Assembly (NCBI GenBank): GCA_964461915.1
Contig: CAYWVD010000001.1
Coordinates: forward strand, 501,911 to 565,910
DNA: 64,000 nucleotides
Direction of reading: 5' to 3'
DNA from: an uncultured Candidatus Saccharibacteria bacterium
Lineage (GTDB): Bacteria; Patescibacteriota; Dojkabacteria; B142; OLB20
Below the pieces are notes generated by a model. The model made no database searches. It was not told where the DNA came from and worked only from the letters and a program-made list of their open reading frames with translations. Below are positions 16,921 through 26,923 of this stretch, piece after piece (the first letter of the stretch is position 1; each line of letters opens with the position of its first letter). Made by a program: the position numbers and the translations under genes.

Positions 16921-19687
16921 TAAATCTTTGAATAAAAACTGCTAAATCCTGAATATCCACAATCCCATCATGATTTGCATCTTTTGGTCCTTTTGGTAAA
17001 TATTCCTGATCCCCATCAGTACATTCTTTAATCCTATCATAGGAAGGACTATAAACATACACAAAGCTTGAAAAATCTTCGTAGTCAATTCTTCCATTAT
17101 TATTTTGATCCATTGGTCCACAAGTAATTAATTTAGGAAAGACTTCATCAATAGGCTTCTTAGGGGGATCGGTTGGTTCAATGGGATCATCGATCGGTTC
17201 GTCATTATCATCAAGACATTTATCAGCAGCATTTTCATCTCCCACAACACATCCATTTTTACATTTTTTAGATTTTGAAAGATTCTCTTTTTGTTCATCA
17301 TCACAATAGATTAAATATTGAAGATCCTTACTACAGTAGCTTCCAGGCTTATTTAACCATCTGCCACCAATCTGTTCACATCTATCGATTGAACAAGAAT
17401 ATTTCTTTTCTTTTTCATTATAGATACATTCAGAGCCTGTACATTGAATACTTTTATCAGGCTGTTCTTCTTGAAATTCATTACAATAAATTAAGTCCTC
17501 GGTCTTTCCTGTTGGATCACAATAAAATTTTTCACCAACAAATTTATCAATCTTGAGACATCGATTCTCTTGGATTGGTTCTTCGGGTTCTTCGGTAGTA
17601 GTAGGTGTTTTTTTAGGTTTTTTGGTATTAGTTGGAGTAGGGGATTTTTTAGGATCTCCGCCTTTTAAAAAACAAGGATCATTGCTTTCCGGTTCTTCAG
17701 GTAGTACTAGATCATCAGGATGAGTATTAAGAAATTCTTTTACATCTAAAGTTCCATCCGATACAACAAGCCCCTTAAGGCCTTTCACTTTTTTTACCGA
17801 TTGAATTAATGCAAATTTTATCTGCAAAGGAGTAGCTTCGGGATATTTACTTCTATAAAGAGCAACCGCAGAAGCGGTTAGTGGAGCTGCATACGAAGTC
17901 CCTCCATTAACATAAATACTCCCAACTTCAGGCGAAGAAGGTGGAAAACCGTTTGACAGCATAGCAATTTCTTCACCGGGGGCAAAGAGATCGACACTTT
18001 TTTTCCCATAATGGGAAAACCATGCAGGTTGATCGAAAGTCGCCGCTAATGCTCCCACACAAATTACATTATCCAGCTTTAAATCACATGGATAATCATG
18101 GGCTATGTTATCATGGTCAAGATGTGGAGAGGATTCTTCATTCAAATTCCCCGCAGCTATGACTACTACACCCCCTATATCTCCAAAAGCCTTCAAGGCC
18201 TTACATAAAGACTTGGTTTCACCACCAAGGCCAACAAAATCAGGAGGATACTGTTTTCCCCAACTGATATTCATTATAGAGGCCTTATTTTTAGTGGCAT
18301 AACTAATCGCCTTTAAGGCAAGGGCCATGTTAATATGCCCACCAGTTTCTGTTTTTTCTGTAGCATCTAACATCATTAATTGTGTTTTCCATAAGCCACC
18401 TGTCATACCAACTCCGTTATTACCTGATGCACCGATAACAGAAGCGGTAGTTGTTCCATGAAAGCTAGCAAAAACTCCACCTTCAGAATAGATTTCATTT
18501 GAATCACTTGAAAAATTCCATCCATTGACATCGTCAACCATTCCATTTTTATCATCATCCTTTTTGTTGCCATCTTCTTCGTCTTCATTTATCCAAATAT
18601 TTTCGTCGATCTCCCTATGCTTAACATAACCCATATCTATATCGGCGATAACTATTTCTTCCGCCGATGCCGTCATTGTATTCCAAACATCTTCAAATCC
18701 ACTAAACTTCATATATTTTTGCTGAATTGATTTATAGGATGGATCATTAGGCACCGCAGCAATATTCATTGGACAAGAAAACTCTACAAATTCAACTTCA
18801 TCTCGGGCATTAATAAGATTATATATTTGGAATAAATCTTTATTTGAATAAGCAAAGTTATTATCTAAGCGAATTTCAAAAATATTGAAGCCCAAATCAT
18901 CAGCTTTAATAATTCTTTGAGAAATTGAAGAGAAATCAAAATCGTTATTATTTTCTTGTAATCCAACTAAAAGAGAGGTCCTTTTACATTTATCAATACT
19001 AGGTTTATTACTAAATCCAAATGATTTATCAATTTCAATAATAGATTCTTGCTGAAAAATATTTAAAATTGAAAAAACTAAAAATAATAATAGAAGTAAA
19101 CTTATGGAATTAAAAATGAAGGCGAATCTATTCTTAAACTTTACCGAAAGGATAATGATTATTACTAAGCCGACGATAAAAACTAAAGATAATATAATAA
19201 AGGATGAGTCAATAGGCTGATTTGAAGGAGATTCCGAAATGTCTTTATTATTATCAATCGAGATAGAAGGGAGTACTTTTGAAGAGCCAGAGTCTTGTTT
19301 GGTTTCGTCAAAAATCTTTATCGAGTTAATATTTGTTGAAAAGGCTCTTATAGTAAATAAATCTTCACCTTCAACAATGTCATCAATAACTCCAGCATCA
19401 AAGCATATTTGATTTTTCTTAAAAAAGGCTTGATTGTTGCAAGTAGGCAAAGGTAATAATTTTTTGTTGAAAATTATTTCTTTAATCTCAAAACCACTAG
19501 TAAACAAATTTACTTTAAAAACATTGTTGATATCATTAAAAGATTCGTCGAGTTTATTAACTCGTATTAACCAATCTCCCTTGGTGTTTAGATCTTGTTC
19601 AGTAGAAAAGGATAGTGCTTCTGTTTTTATACTAAAAAGTAAAAAAGCCAGAATAACAAAATATATTAATATTAACCGTTTAATCAT
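16895..19687 (-). CDS. Membrane-anchored subtilisin-like (S8) serine protease with a Cys-rich region and dockerin-like repeats at the C-terminus
   Basis: The catalytic triad context is IADIDMGY (Asp), HGTTTASVIG (His) and GTSYAAPLTASAVALY (Ser). A signal peptide plus an internal transmembrane pair precedes the catalytic domain. The C-terminus is Cys-rich (more than 20 Cys) and carries two DxNxDGxxDxxD Ca-binding dockerin-type repeats, DQNNNGRIDYED and DANHDGIVDIQD. Confidence 0.8.
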   Translation of the reverse strand: MIKRLILIYFVILAFLLFSIKTEALSFSTEQDLNTKGDWLIRVNKLDESFNDINNVFKVNLFTSGFEIKEIIFNKKLLPLPTCNNQAFFKKNQICFDAGVIDDIVEGEDLFTIRAFSTNINSIKIFDETKQDSGSSKVLPSISIDNNKDISESPSNQPIDSSFIILSLVFIVGLVIIIILSVKFKNRFAFIFNSISLLLLLFLVFSILNIFQQESIIEIDKSFGFSNKPSIDKCKRTSLLVGLQENNNDFDFSSISQRIIKADDLGFNIFEIRLDNNFAYSNKDLFQIYNLINARDEVEFVEFSCPMNIAAVPNDPSYKSIQQKYMKFSGFEDVWNTMTASAEEIVIADIDMGYVKHREIDENIWINEDEEDGNKKDDDKNGMVDDVNGWNFSSDSNEIYSEGGVFASFHGTTTASVIGASGNNGVGMTGGLWKTQLMMLDATEKTETGGHINMALALKAISYATKNKASIMNISWGKQYPPDFVGLGGETKSLCKALKAFGDIGGVVVIAAGNLNEESSPHLDHDNIAHDYPCDLKLDNVICVGALAATFDQPAWFSHYGKKSVDLFAPGEEIAMLSNGFPPSSPEVGSIYVNGGTSYAAPLTASAVALYRSKYPEATPLQIKFALIQSVKKVKGLKGLVVSDGTLDVKEFLNTHPDDLVLPEEPESNDPCFLKGGDPKKSPTPTNTKKPKKTPTTTEEPEEPIQENRCLKIDKFVGEKFYCDPTGKTEDLIYCNEFQEEQPDKSIQCTGSECIYNEKEKKYSCSIDRCEQIGGRWLNKPGSYCSKDLQYLIYCDDEQKENLSKSKKCKNGCVVGDENAADKCLDDNDEPIDDPIEPTDPPKKPIDEVFPKLITCGPMDQNNNGRIDYEDFSSFVYVYSPSYDRIKECTDGDQEYLPKGPKDANHDGIVDIQDLAVFIQRFIDENYFKD

Positions 19688-19842
19688 TAATAATGAGTAA
19701 TATTCTTATATATTGTATTTTATTATGTATAACTTCTCAAACAAAAAGGACTTAAAAGACAAATGTGACGAAGTACAGAAGAGATCAAGTGAATATACCT
19801 ACTAGGTGAGGGTTTCAGAGATCAGCCTCTTATCATAACAAT

Positions 19843-20607
19843 TCAACCTTTTTGTGAATAAATATCAATTTCCGAACCTTCCTGGGTTATCTGGTACTGT
19901 TCAACTTTACCCATCAAATCGTTTATAATACTGACACCGCCATTTTCCACTGTTGTAATAATTTGATCAATTGCGATTTTTTCATTAGCTGAGATTTTTG
20001 AAAAATTTGGGGCCTCGAGAGGTAAATATTTTATATTTGGAAACACAAATTTGTTCGAATTTATTAGTTCTATTTTTTTAGAGAGTAGTAATTCGTTAAC
20101 AATTTGAGAATAAATTTTGCTAACAGGCCCAAATTTATTTTTTATATATTTTAAACCAAAAATAGGGGACCCAAATTTTTTAAAGTAATCCACCTCAATC
20201 AAGAATATTATATTTTGATTATAGGGTTCAAAATATTCAGGATTACCTGATAATCTGCCCCATAAATATATAATGACCTCTTTAAGTTTCGAAATCCCAT
20301 CTTCCTTATCGAACCCAGAGAGAATATCAGGTTTAACCAAATCCTTTAAGTTGCTTCTTACATTATAATTAACTGTATCCTCAGCTCGCAGAAGATCATT
20401 TAGACTTATATTGTAGAAATCAGCGAGTTTTTTTGCCTGAACCAATGTAACATCTGCCTTGTCAGATTCGATTTTAATAAGAGTAGGCCTAGATACCCCA
20501 ATCCTTTTAGCAATTTCTTCTTGCGATAAAAAGAACTTTTTTCTAAGGACCTTTAAGAAACTGCCAATCTTTGGCGATTCTACTTTAGGGACAATGACTT
20601 TTCTCAT
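19843..20607 (-). CDS. XRE-family HTH regulator fused to a Panacea (DUF4065, SocA/PanA-like) domain
   Basis: The N-terminus LSQEEIAKRIGVSRPTLIKIESDKADVTLVQAKKLADFY is an XRE helix-turn-helix. The C-terminus LKEVIIYLWGRL...FGSPIFGLKYIKNKFGPVSKIY matches the Panacea-domain consensus with its GPV motif. Confidence 0.6.
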   Translation of the reverse strand: MRKVIVPKVESPKIGSFLKVLRKKFFLSQEEIAKRIGVSRPTLIKIESDKADVTLVQAKKLADFYNISLNDLLRAEDTVNYNVRSNLKDLVKPDILSGFDKEDGISKLKEVIIYLWGRLSGNPEYFEPYNQNIIFLIEVDYFKKFGSPIFGLKYIKNKFGPVSKIYSQIVNELLLSKKIELINSNKFVFPNIKYLPLEAPNFSKISANEKIAIDQIITTVENGGVSIINDLMGKVEQYQITQEGSEIDIYSQKG

Positions 20608-20712
20608 TTGTTAAATATATTTACTTAATATGTTAAGATATTTTACAAATCATGTCAAATATCTATTGCGGTTTGTTTTAAAAAACACTATTATCAAAAA
20701 TATACATTTAAA

Positions 20713-21654
20713 TTGGTTTTTAAAATTTTCAGAATGGTCAAGAGAATAATAACAACAATAATTACCCTTAGTATTTTTATTAGCACTATTGCTACAGTTA
20801 AGGCAGAAGAACTATTATCCATTTCTACTGATGAAATTATCGTAAATGAGACCGATTTAGGACGAACATATTCTATTGAATTAACCAATAAATCCGACAA
20901 GGATATTTTCATCAAGGCTGAAGAAATCGTCGTAGAAAGATCTAAAACCGGCGATTTTGTAAAAAAGGATGTAGCCACAACCAATCCCAATGACCAAGAG
21001 ACCACAAAATCTCTAGAAATTTTTCAAACTTCATTTAAAATTAAACCGGGCGAAAAAATTGAACATAAAGTTAGGATAAAATTTTCCTCAAAGAACTTTT
21101 CATTCGAATATCCCGGTATAAACTATGTTGTTTATAGCGATAGCGCTTATAAAGCGATGGTTAACGACGACAATTTTGTCCCATTTATTGTCCAAAGTCT
21201 TTCTGGCGAGTATAAAATGGATCTCAACATTAATATTTCAAATCAAGATATCACTACCGATGAAACTATTCATGTAATTGCCGAAGTAGCTAATACTGGT
21301 AGCAAATTCTTCTCACCTGAAGGTTCCATCTACATTTACAAAGGGGATGTACTTATTGCAGAGTTAAACGTATCCGATTTTATGCCAAAAAGAATGTACC
21401 CAACTGATAACATTACAATTGAAAAAGATTTATCTATTCCGGGCGATAAAATAGATTCAGTTGGAGAATATACTGTAAAATTTACCACCAAGAACGATTT
21501 CATCGAGAACGGCAAAACTATATCAATGACATTTATGTTTGTTCCCACACAAATATTTTACATTGCTGGGGGAGCAATTGGACTAATCGCCATAGTAACG
21601 ATTATAATAACAATAATTCAAAAGAAAAAATCGAATCGAAAATTAACTAATTAA
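20713..21654 (+). CDS. Secreted surface protein with a C-terminal membrane anchor and KKK tail
   Basis: It has a signal peptide, a beta-rich ectodomain and a C-terminal anchor IAGGAIGLIAIVTIIITII followed by QKKKSNRK. Confidence 0.5.
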   Translation: MVFKIFRMVKRIITTIITLSIFISTIATVKAEELLSISTDEIIVNETDLGRTYSIELTNKSDKDIFIKAEEIVVERSKTGDFVKKDVATTNPNDQETTKSLEIFQTSFKIKPGEKIEHKVRIKFSSKNFSFEYPGINYVVYSDSAYKAMVNDDNFVPFIVQSLSGEYKMDLNINISNQDITTDETIHVIAEVANTGSKFFSPEGSIYIYKGDVLIAELNVSDFMPKRMYPTDNITIEKDLSIPGDKIDSVGEYTVKFTTKNDFIENGKTISMTFMFVPTQIFYIAGGAIGLIAIVTIIITIIQKKKSNRKLTN

Positions 21655-21674
21655 CAAACAAATCTTCAAATACA

Positions 21675-22913
21675 ATGGACAATATCACAGTTGACACAAC
21701 TAAAGAATCTATTGATAGGTTTTTTGATGACAAGATTGATTCTATACTTCCTTCAAAAGAGGAATTCCGTAAACTACTCGAAAGTGGTAAGAGGTTGACT
21801 TTCTATATGGGGGCAGATGTAACTGCGCCAAGGCTTCATATTGGTCACACCATTCCTTTCTTAAAGATGTCTCATTTGCAAAAGATGGGACATAAAATAA
21901 TCTTCCTTATCGGAGATTTTACGGGTAGAATAGGGGACCCTACTGATAAATCCGCAGCTCGAACTAAGTTGACTGACCAAGAAGTCGAAGCCAACACCCA
22001 AGCCTTTATTCAGCAAATAAAAACCATCTTTGACTTTAATAATAAAGAGAATCCACCCGAAATTAAATTTAATTCCACTTGGAACTCAAATCTCTCTTTT
22101 AAAGATATTATTGAATTAGCCAGCAACTTTACCGTACAGCAAATGATTGAGAGAGATATGTTCCAAAAAAGATTAAAGGACAATAAACCAATTTATCTTC
22201 ACGAGTTTTTATACCCACTAATACAGGGCTATGATTCCGTTGCAATGGAAGTTGATGGAGAATTTGGTGGAAGCGATCAAACATTTAATATGCTTGCTGG
22301 CAGGACTTTAGTAAAAAACATTCTAAAAAAGGAAAAATTCATCATTACCATGAAATTACTCTTATCCGCAGATGGTGTAAATAAGATGAGTAAAAGCATC
22401 GGCAATTGCATATTCATTACTGATTCCAATCATGAAAAGTTCGGTAAGATTATGTCTTTGCCGGACAATCTATTAATTCACTACTTTGAATTATTAACCG
22501 ATTTAAATTCAGAAGAACTCGACACATTAAAGACCAGAATCACAACAGAGCCAATGCTTGTAAAAAAAGAATTGGCATATAAGGTAGTAGCAATGTTTGA
22601 TGGAGAGGAGAGAGCTTCTGAAGCCAAAACTAATTTCGAAAGGACCGTCCAAAACAAAGAGATTCCAACTGAAATCCCGACTTTCGAAAGAAAGAACTTG
22701 GAAAATCAATTAAACCCAGAAGAGAAAATCCTTTTGAAAGACTTCATTACCGCCATAGGATTAACTGCCAGTAATAGCGAATCTAAGAGACTAATAGCAG
22801 AAAACGCTGTAGAAATCGACCAACAAAAGAAAACTGATCCAAATGAACTTATAAACCCAGAAGAGGTTTCTCTTGTTAAGGTAGGCAAAAGAAATTGGAA
22901 AAAACTAATTTAA
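21675..22913 (+). CDS. tyrS: Tyrosyl-tRNA synthetase
   Basis: It carries the HIGH-region APRLHIGHTIPF and the KMSKS motif. It has a C-terminal S4-like domain. Confidence 0.9.
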   Translation: MDNITVDTTKESIDRFFDDKIDSILPSKEEFRKLLESGKRLTFYMGADVTAPRLHIGHTIPFLKMSHLQKMGHKIIFLIGDFTGRIGDPTDKSAARTKLTDQEVEANTQAFIQQIKTIFDFNNKENPPEIKFNSTWNSNLSFKDIIELASNFTVQQMIERDMFQKRLKDNKPIYLHEFLYPLIQGYDSVAMEVDGEFGGSDQTFNMLAGRTLVKNILKKEKFIITMKLLLSADGVNKMSKSIGNCIFITDSNHEKFGKIMSLPDNLLIHYFELLTDLNSEELDTLKTRITTEPMLVKKELAYKVVAMFDGEERASEAKTNFERTVQNKEIPTEIPTFERKNLENQLNPEEKILLKDFITAIGLTASNSESKRLIAENAVEIDQQKKTDPNELINPEEVSLVKVGKRNWKKLI

Positions 22914-22932
22914 TTCTTTATCATTCGTAAAA

Positions 22933-23043
22933 ATGTCAGTAATTTCGAATAAAACAAAAGCAACAAAAATTATCTGGTGGATAATCACTATTGCTATTAT
23001 TTTCTCTATTGTAGCCGTTCCACTTTTAGCAGTGCTTGCATAA
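22933..23043 (+). CDS. Possible 36-aa small hydrophobic membrane peptide
   Basis: An unlisted ORF translates as MSVISNKTKATKIIWWIITIAIIFSIVAVPLLAVLA. It fills the tyrS-recG intergenic gap and contains one predicted transmembrane helix. Confidence 0.25.
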   Translation: MSVISNKTKATKIIWWIITIAIIFSIVAVPLLAVLA

Positions 23044-23051
23044 TATAAAAT

Positions 23052-25010
23052 ATGGATATAAATGGTCCAGTACAAAGCTTGCCTTTAATTGGTCCTAAAC
23101 AGGCTAATTTACTACAAAAACTCGAGATAAACACAATCTTTGGTTTATTAAATCATTTCCCTTCATATTATAAGGATTCTTCAACAATAGTTACTCTTTC
23201 TGAGCTAGACCATAACATTAAAAAAACGGTAATAGTTGAAATTGTTGAAATTAAAAATATTCGACTTCGTAATGGTAAGTTTATCCAAAAGGGAATTGTC
23301 AAAGACGCAACTGGAGCTTGCCCAGTTACCTGGTTCCACCAACCATATATAACTAAAACATTGAAACCCGGAATTGAAGTCATGTTATCGGCGAAACTAA
23401 ATCCAAAATCTAGTAAACCGGAAATAATTTCTCCTGAATATGAAATAATTAAGGAACAGAATATTCACATGGGCAAAATCGTTCCCGTATACCCTTTAAC
23501 CACAGGTTTATCAGTAAAATGGCTACGGAATCGATTTGCATATCTTGTTAACCAGGATGATTTATTAAATAAAATCCCAAATGACTTACCTAAAGAAATT
23601 GAAGCAGAAAAGGAGCTCTTAAATCCAAAACAGGCGTACAAATATATACACTTCCCAAGCGATATTAACGAAATAATCAATGCCAGAAAGCGCCTAGCAT
23701 TTTCCGAATTACTAGGTATATATATAAAGCTAAAAAAAGAGCAATTGAAAAGATTAAAAGGGACTCCTCCCGCCGTAAGATATTCAAAAGCTAATTTAAT
23801 AAAGGAGATTCAGAGTCTTCCTTTTATACTCACCGATAGCCAAGATAAAGCACTTGAAGAAATCGGAGGAGATTTTAATTCACATGTACCAATGTATCGA
23901 TTACTTCAAGGAGATGTAGGGAGTGGAAAAACAATTGTAGCATTACTATCAGCGTTATCTGTAATAAATAGCGGTTACCAGGTTGTAATAATGGTCCCAA
24001 CATCAGTTTTAGCTAAACAACACTTCGAAACTGCTTCAAAACTATTTAAAGGGATTAAAACAAAACTCTTAATTTCTACCACCAAAAACGAGAAAGAGAC
24101 TGAAGAATCTTATGATTTGATCATTGCTACACATGCCATTTTTTATCATAAGGATAAATATATTAAAAATTTAGGCCTAGTAATTATCGATGAACAACAT
24201 CGTTTTGGTGTAGCACAACAAAAGGATCTATTGGATTTCCCTCATAATAAATGCACGCCACATGTTTTACACATGACGGCAACTCCAATTCCAAGATCAA
24301 TAGCCTTAACGCTTTTTGGTGACATTAATGTTTCAATTATTGAAAAACCAGAAGGTAGAAAAATTCCACAGACTAAAATTGTTCCTAATTCAAAAAGAGA
24401 GGATTCATACTCTTGGATAGAATCTCAAATTAAAAGTGGTGGTCAAATATTTTGGATTTGTCCTCTAATCGAAGAAAACACAGAGAATCCAAACTCACTC
24501 ACAAATGTAAACGATCTTTACAAATCACTGCAAATCACATTTCCAAAGCTAAAAATCGGATTATTGCATGGCAAAATCAAAGATGAACAAAAACAAAAGA
24601 TTCTAAAAGATTTTCGAGATAATGAAATTCAAATACTTGTTTCGACAACAGTAGTTGAAGTTGGTATTGATATCCCCAATGCAAATATTATTATTATCGA
24701 AAACGCTGATAGGTACGGACTAGCCCAGCTTCATCAATTAAGGGGTAGAGTAGGGAGAAATAATCAAGAATCTTGGTGTTTGCTTTATACAAACCTTGAA
24801 GACAACCCAACAGTAATAAATAGATTAAGATTTTTTTCTAGTGAATCAGAAGGTATAAAAATTGCTGAATTCGACCTCAAAACCAGGGGGCCAGGAGAAG
24901 TATACGGCACAATCCAAGCTGGCATTCCAAAATTAAAGATAGCGAATTTCGGAAATAGCGCCTTCCTAAAAGAAGTTCACGAAGTAGCAAATAAAATTTT
25001 AAATTTTTAA
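23052..25010 (+). CDS. recG: ATP-dependent DNA helicase RecG
   Basis: It has a wedge domain and the SF2 helicase motifs GDVGSGKT and DEQHRFGV. Confidence 0.9.
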   Translation: MDINGPVQSLPLIGPKQANLLQKLEINTIFGLLNHFPSYYKDSSTIVTLSELDHNIKKTVIVEIVEIKNIRLRNGKFIQKGIVKDATGACPVTWFHQPYITKTLKPGIEVMLSAKLNPKSSKPEIISPEYEIIKEQNIHMGKIVPVYPLTTGLSVKWLRNRFAYLVNQDDLLNKIPNDLPKEIEAEKELLNPKQAYKYIHFPSDINEIINARKRLAFSELLGIYIKLKKEQLKRLKGTPPAVRYSKANLIKEIQSLPFILTDSQDKALEEIGGDFNSHVPMYRLLQGDVGSGKTIVALLSALSVINSGYQVVIMVPTSVLAKQHFETASKLFKGIKTKLLISTTKNEKETEESYDLIIATHAIFYHKDKYIKNLGLVIIDEQHRFGVAQQKDLLDFPHNKCTPHVLHMTATPIPRSIALTLFGDINVSIIEKPEGRKIPQTKIVPNSKREDSYSWIESQIKSGGQIFWICPLIEENTENPNSLTNVNDLYKSLQITFPKLKIGLLHGKIKDEQKQKILKDFRDNEIQILVSTTVVEVGIDIPNANIIIIENADRYGLAQLHQLRGRVGRNNQESWCLLYTNLEDNPTVINRLRFFSSESEGIKIAEFDLKTRGPGEVYGTIQAGIPKLKIANFGNSAFLKEVHEVANKILNF

Positions 25011-25019
25011 AACACAAGA

Positions 25020-25826
25020 ATGAGCGTAATTAACGCATTAATATTAGGGATTATTCAAGGATTAACTGAATTCTTACCTGTATCAAGTTCTGCCCATTTG
25101 GGACTTATTCCGGCACTAGCCAATTGGGAAGAGCAGAATATCAGTTTCGACATAATGCTTCATACAGCTTCACTTTTAGCTTTAATTGTATATTTCAGAA
25201 AAGAGCTAAAAAATATCCTTTTAGGATTTTTTAACAAGGAGAATCCTGAATTCTCTCAAAAAGAAAGTAAGTCATTAATCTTAAATATATTTTTAGCCTT
25301 AATACCACTTGTTCCTTTTTATATATTCTTCAAATCTTTTGTCGAATCTAGTCAATCGTTCTCAAATATTACAGTAATATTATTAATGGTTTTTGGGTTA
25401 ATTCTAATAATCGTAGATCGATTTAAACAGAAAAATACCTTAACTATTAAAGGCTTAAAAATCCCTCAAGCATTAATAATCGGTGCATCTCAATGCTTAG
25501 CCTTATTTAGCGGAATAAGTAGGAGCGGCATAACCATAACCTCAGGGCTACTTACTGGACTCAAGGAATCAGATGCAAAGAAATTCACATTCTTTTTATC
25601 AATCCCAACGATAGGCGCAGGCTTTCTCATGGCTTTAAAGGATGTTATAACAGGAGAATCACAATTAGTCTTTTCATTATCTCTACTCGTAGCAATGTTA
25701 GCTACTTTTTTCAGTGGATTACTAGCCCTTGAGTTATTGTTTAGATTTGGCAGTAAAATTAAACTCAGCTATTATGGGATTTATCGAATAATATTAGGTA
25801 TAATCCTTCTCATATTTATTTTTTGA
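25020..25826 (+). CDS. uppP: Undecaprenyl-diphosphatase (BacA/UppP)
   Basis: The N-terminus ALILGIIQGLTEFLPVSSSAHL matches UppP. It is a polytopic membrane protein. Confidence 0.88.
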   Translation: MSVINALILGIIQGLTEFLPVSSSAHLGLIPALANWEEQNISFDIMLHTASLLALIVYFRKELKNILLGFFNKENPEFSQKESKSLILNIFLALIPLVPFYIFFKSFVESSQSFSNITVILLMVFGLILIIVDRFKQKNTLTIKGLKIPQALIIGASQCLALFSGISRSGITITSGLLTGLKESDAKKFTFFLSIPTIGAGFLMALKDVITGESQLVFSLSLLVAMLATFFSGLLALELLFRFGSKIKLSYYGIYRIILGIILLIFIF

Positions 25827-25835
25827 ATATAACAA

Positions 25836-26315
25836 GTGAAAAGACATTCATTAATAGTCGTTTTAGAAGATATTCGTTCAGCACTGAATGTGGGTGCAAT
25901 TTTTAGGACCTGTGATGCAGTCTTGGCAGAAGAACTTCTATTAATCGGCATAACTCCATATCCACCTCATCCAAGGATCCCAAAAACTGCTTTGGGAGCT
26001 ACAGAAAGTGTCCCATGGAAACATTTTGAAAACAAATCCGAGTTGATCGATTATTTAAAAAACAAAGGCTATTCTTTAGTTTCGGTTGAATTAACAGATA
26101 ATTCAAAAAATATTTACAACGAAGTAATGCCTAAAAATACTGCATTGATCTTCGGTAACGAGATATCAGGAGTAAGTGAAGAATTGTTAAAGGCAAGTGA
26201 TAAAGTTATTCAAATACCGATGTACGGCATAAAAGAGTCCTTGAATGTGGCCACTACAGTTGGTATAACAGCTTACGAATATATAAGGCAAAATAATTTT
26301 AATAATCAAAAATAA
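25836..26315 (+). CDS. SpoU-family (SPOUT) RNA 2'-O-methyltransferase, TrmL/TrmH-like
   Basis: It is 159 aa and carries LIVVLEDIRSALNVGAIFRTCDA and ...LIFGNEISGVS...IPMYG...SLNVA, which is the SpoU signature. Confidence 0.75.
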   Translation: MKRHSLIVVLEDIRSALNVGAIFRTCDAVLAEELLLIGITPYPPHPRIPKTALGATESVPWKHFENKSELIDYLKNKGYSLVSVELTDNSKNIYNEVMPKNTALIFGNEISGVSEELLKASDKVIQIPMYGIKESLNVATTVGITAYEYIRQNNFNNQK

Positions 26316-26318
26316 GAA

Positions 26319-26864
26319 ATGTTAAGAATAATTGCGGGGGAGAAAAAAGGTTTAACCATAGAAGTCCCATCTTCAGCCAAACCAATAACTGATCGAATAA
26401 AAACCTCAATTTTTGATCTAATTAGGGATTTTATAGAAGGTGCTGAAGTATTGGATTTGTTTTCTGGAAGTGGCAATTTCGCAATTGAAGCCTTAAGCAG
26501 AGGAGCAAATAGGGCAGTGATAGTTGAAATTGACGATAGAGCAGTTGAAATTATTAAAAAGAACATTATTAAGGCTAAATATAATTTGAAAACTGATATC
26601 TTTAAAATGGACGCCGTAAAGTACTTAAAAAAGATGGATGCTAAATTTGATTTAATAATGCTAGATCCGCCTTTCCCCATGTCCCCAAGTATTAAAAATG
26701 AAGTGATGATTATGTCTACAAAACTACTAAAGCCAAATGGACTTTTGATTTTTCGATTCCCTCAAAATGAAAAATATGATCAAGTAGCCCCAGATGTTGA
26801 TATCGTATTTAAAAAAGAGTATGGAATATCACAAATAAACTATATATTAAAAAAACAAATATAG
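26319..26864 (+). CDS. rsmD: 16S rRNA (guanine966-N2)-methyltransferase RsmD
   Basis: It carries RIIAGEKKG, VLDLFSGSGNFAIEALSRGA and DPPF. Confidence 0.85.
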   Translation: MLRIIAGEKKGLTIEVPSSAKPITDRIKTSIFDLIRDFIEGAEVLDLFSGSGNFAIEALSRGANRAVIVEIDDRAVEIIKKNIIKAKYNLKTDIFKMDAVKYLKKMDAKFDLIMLDPPFPMSPSIKNEVMIMSTKLLKPNGLLIFRFPQNEKYDQVAPDVDIVFKKEYGISQINYILKKQI

Positions 26865-26923
26865 AATCTATTTAATTTATAATGTTTATGGTAGAATATA
26901 CGCATTATTGATCTTATTAAGAA

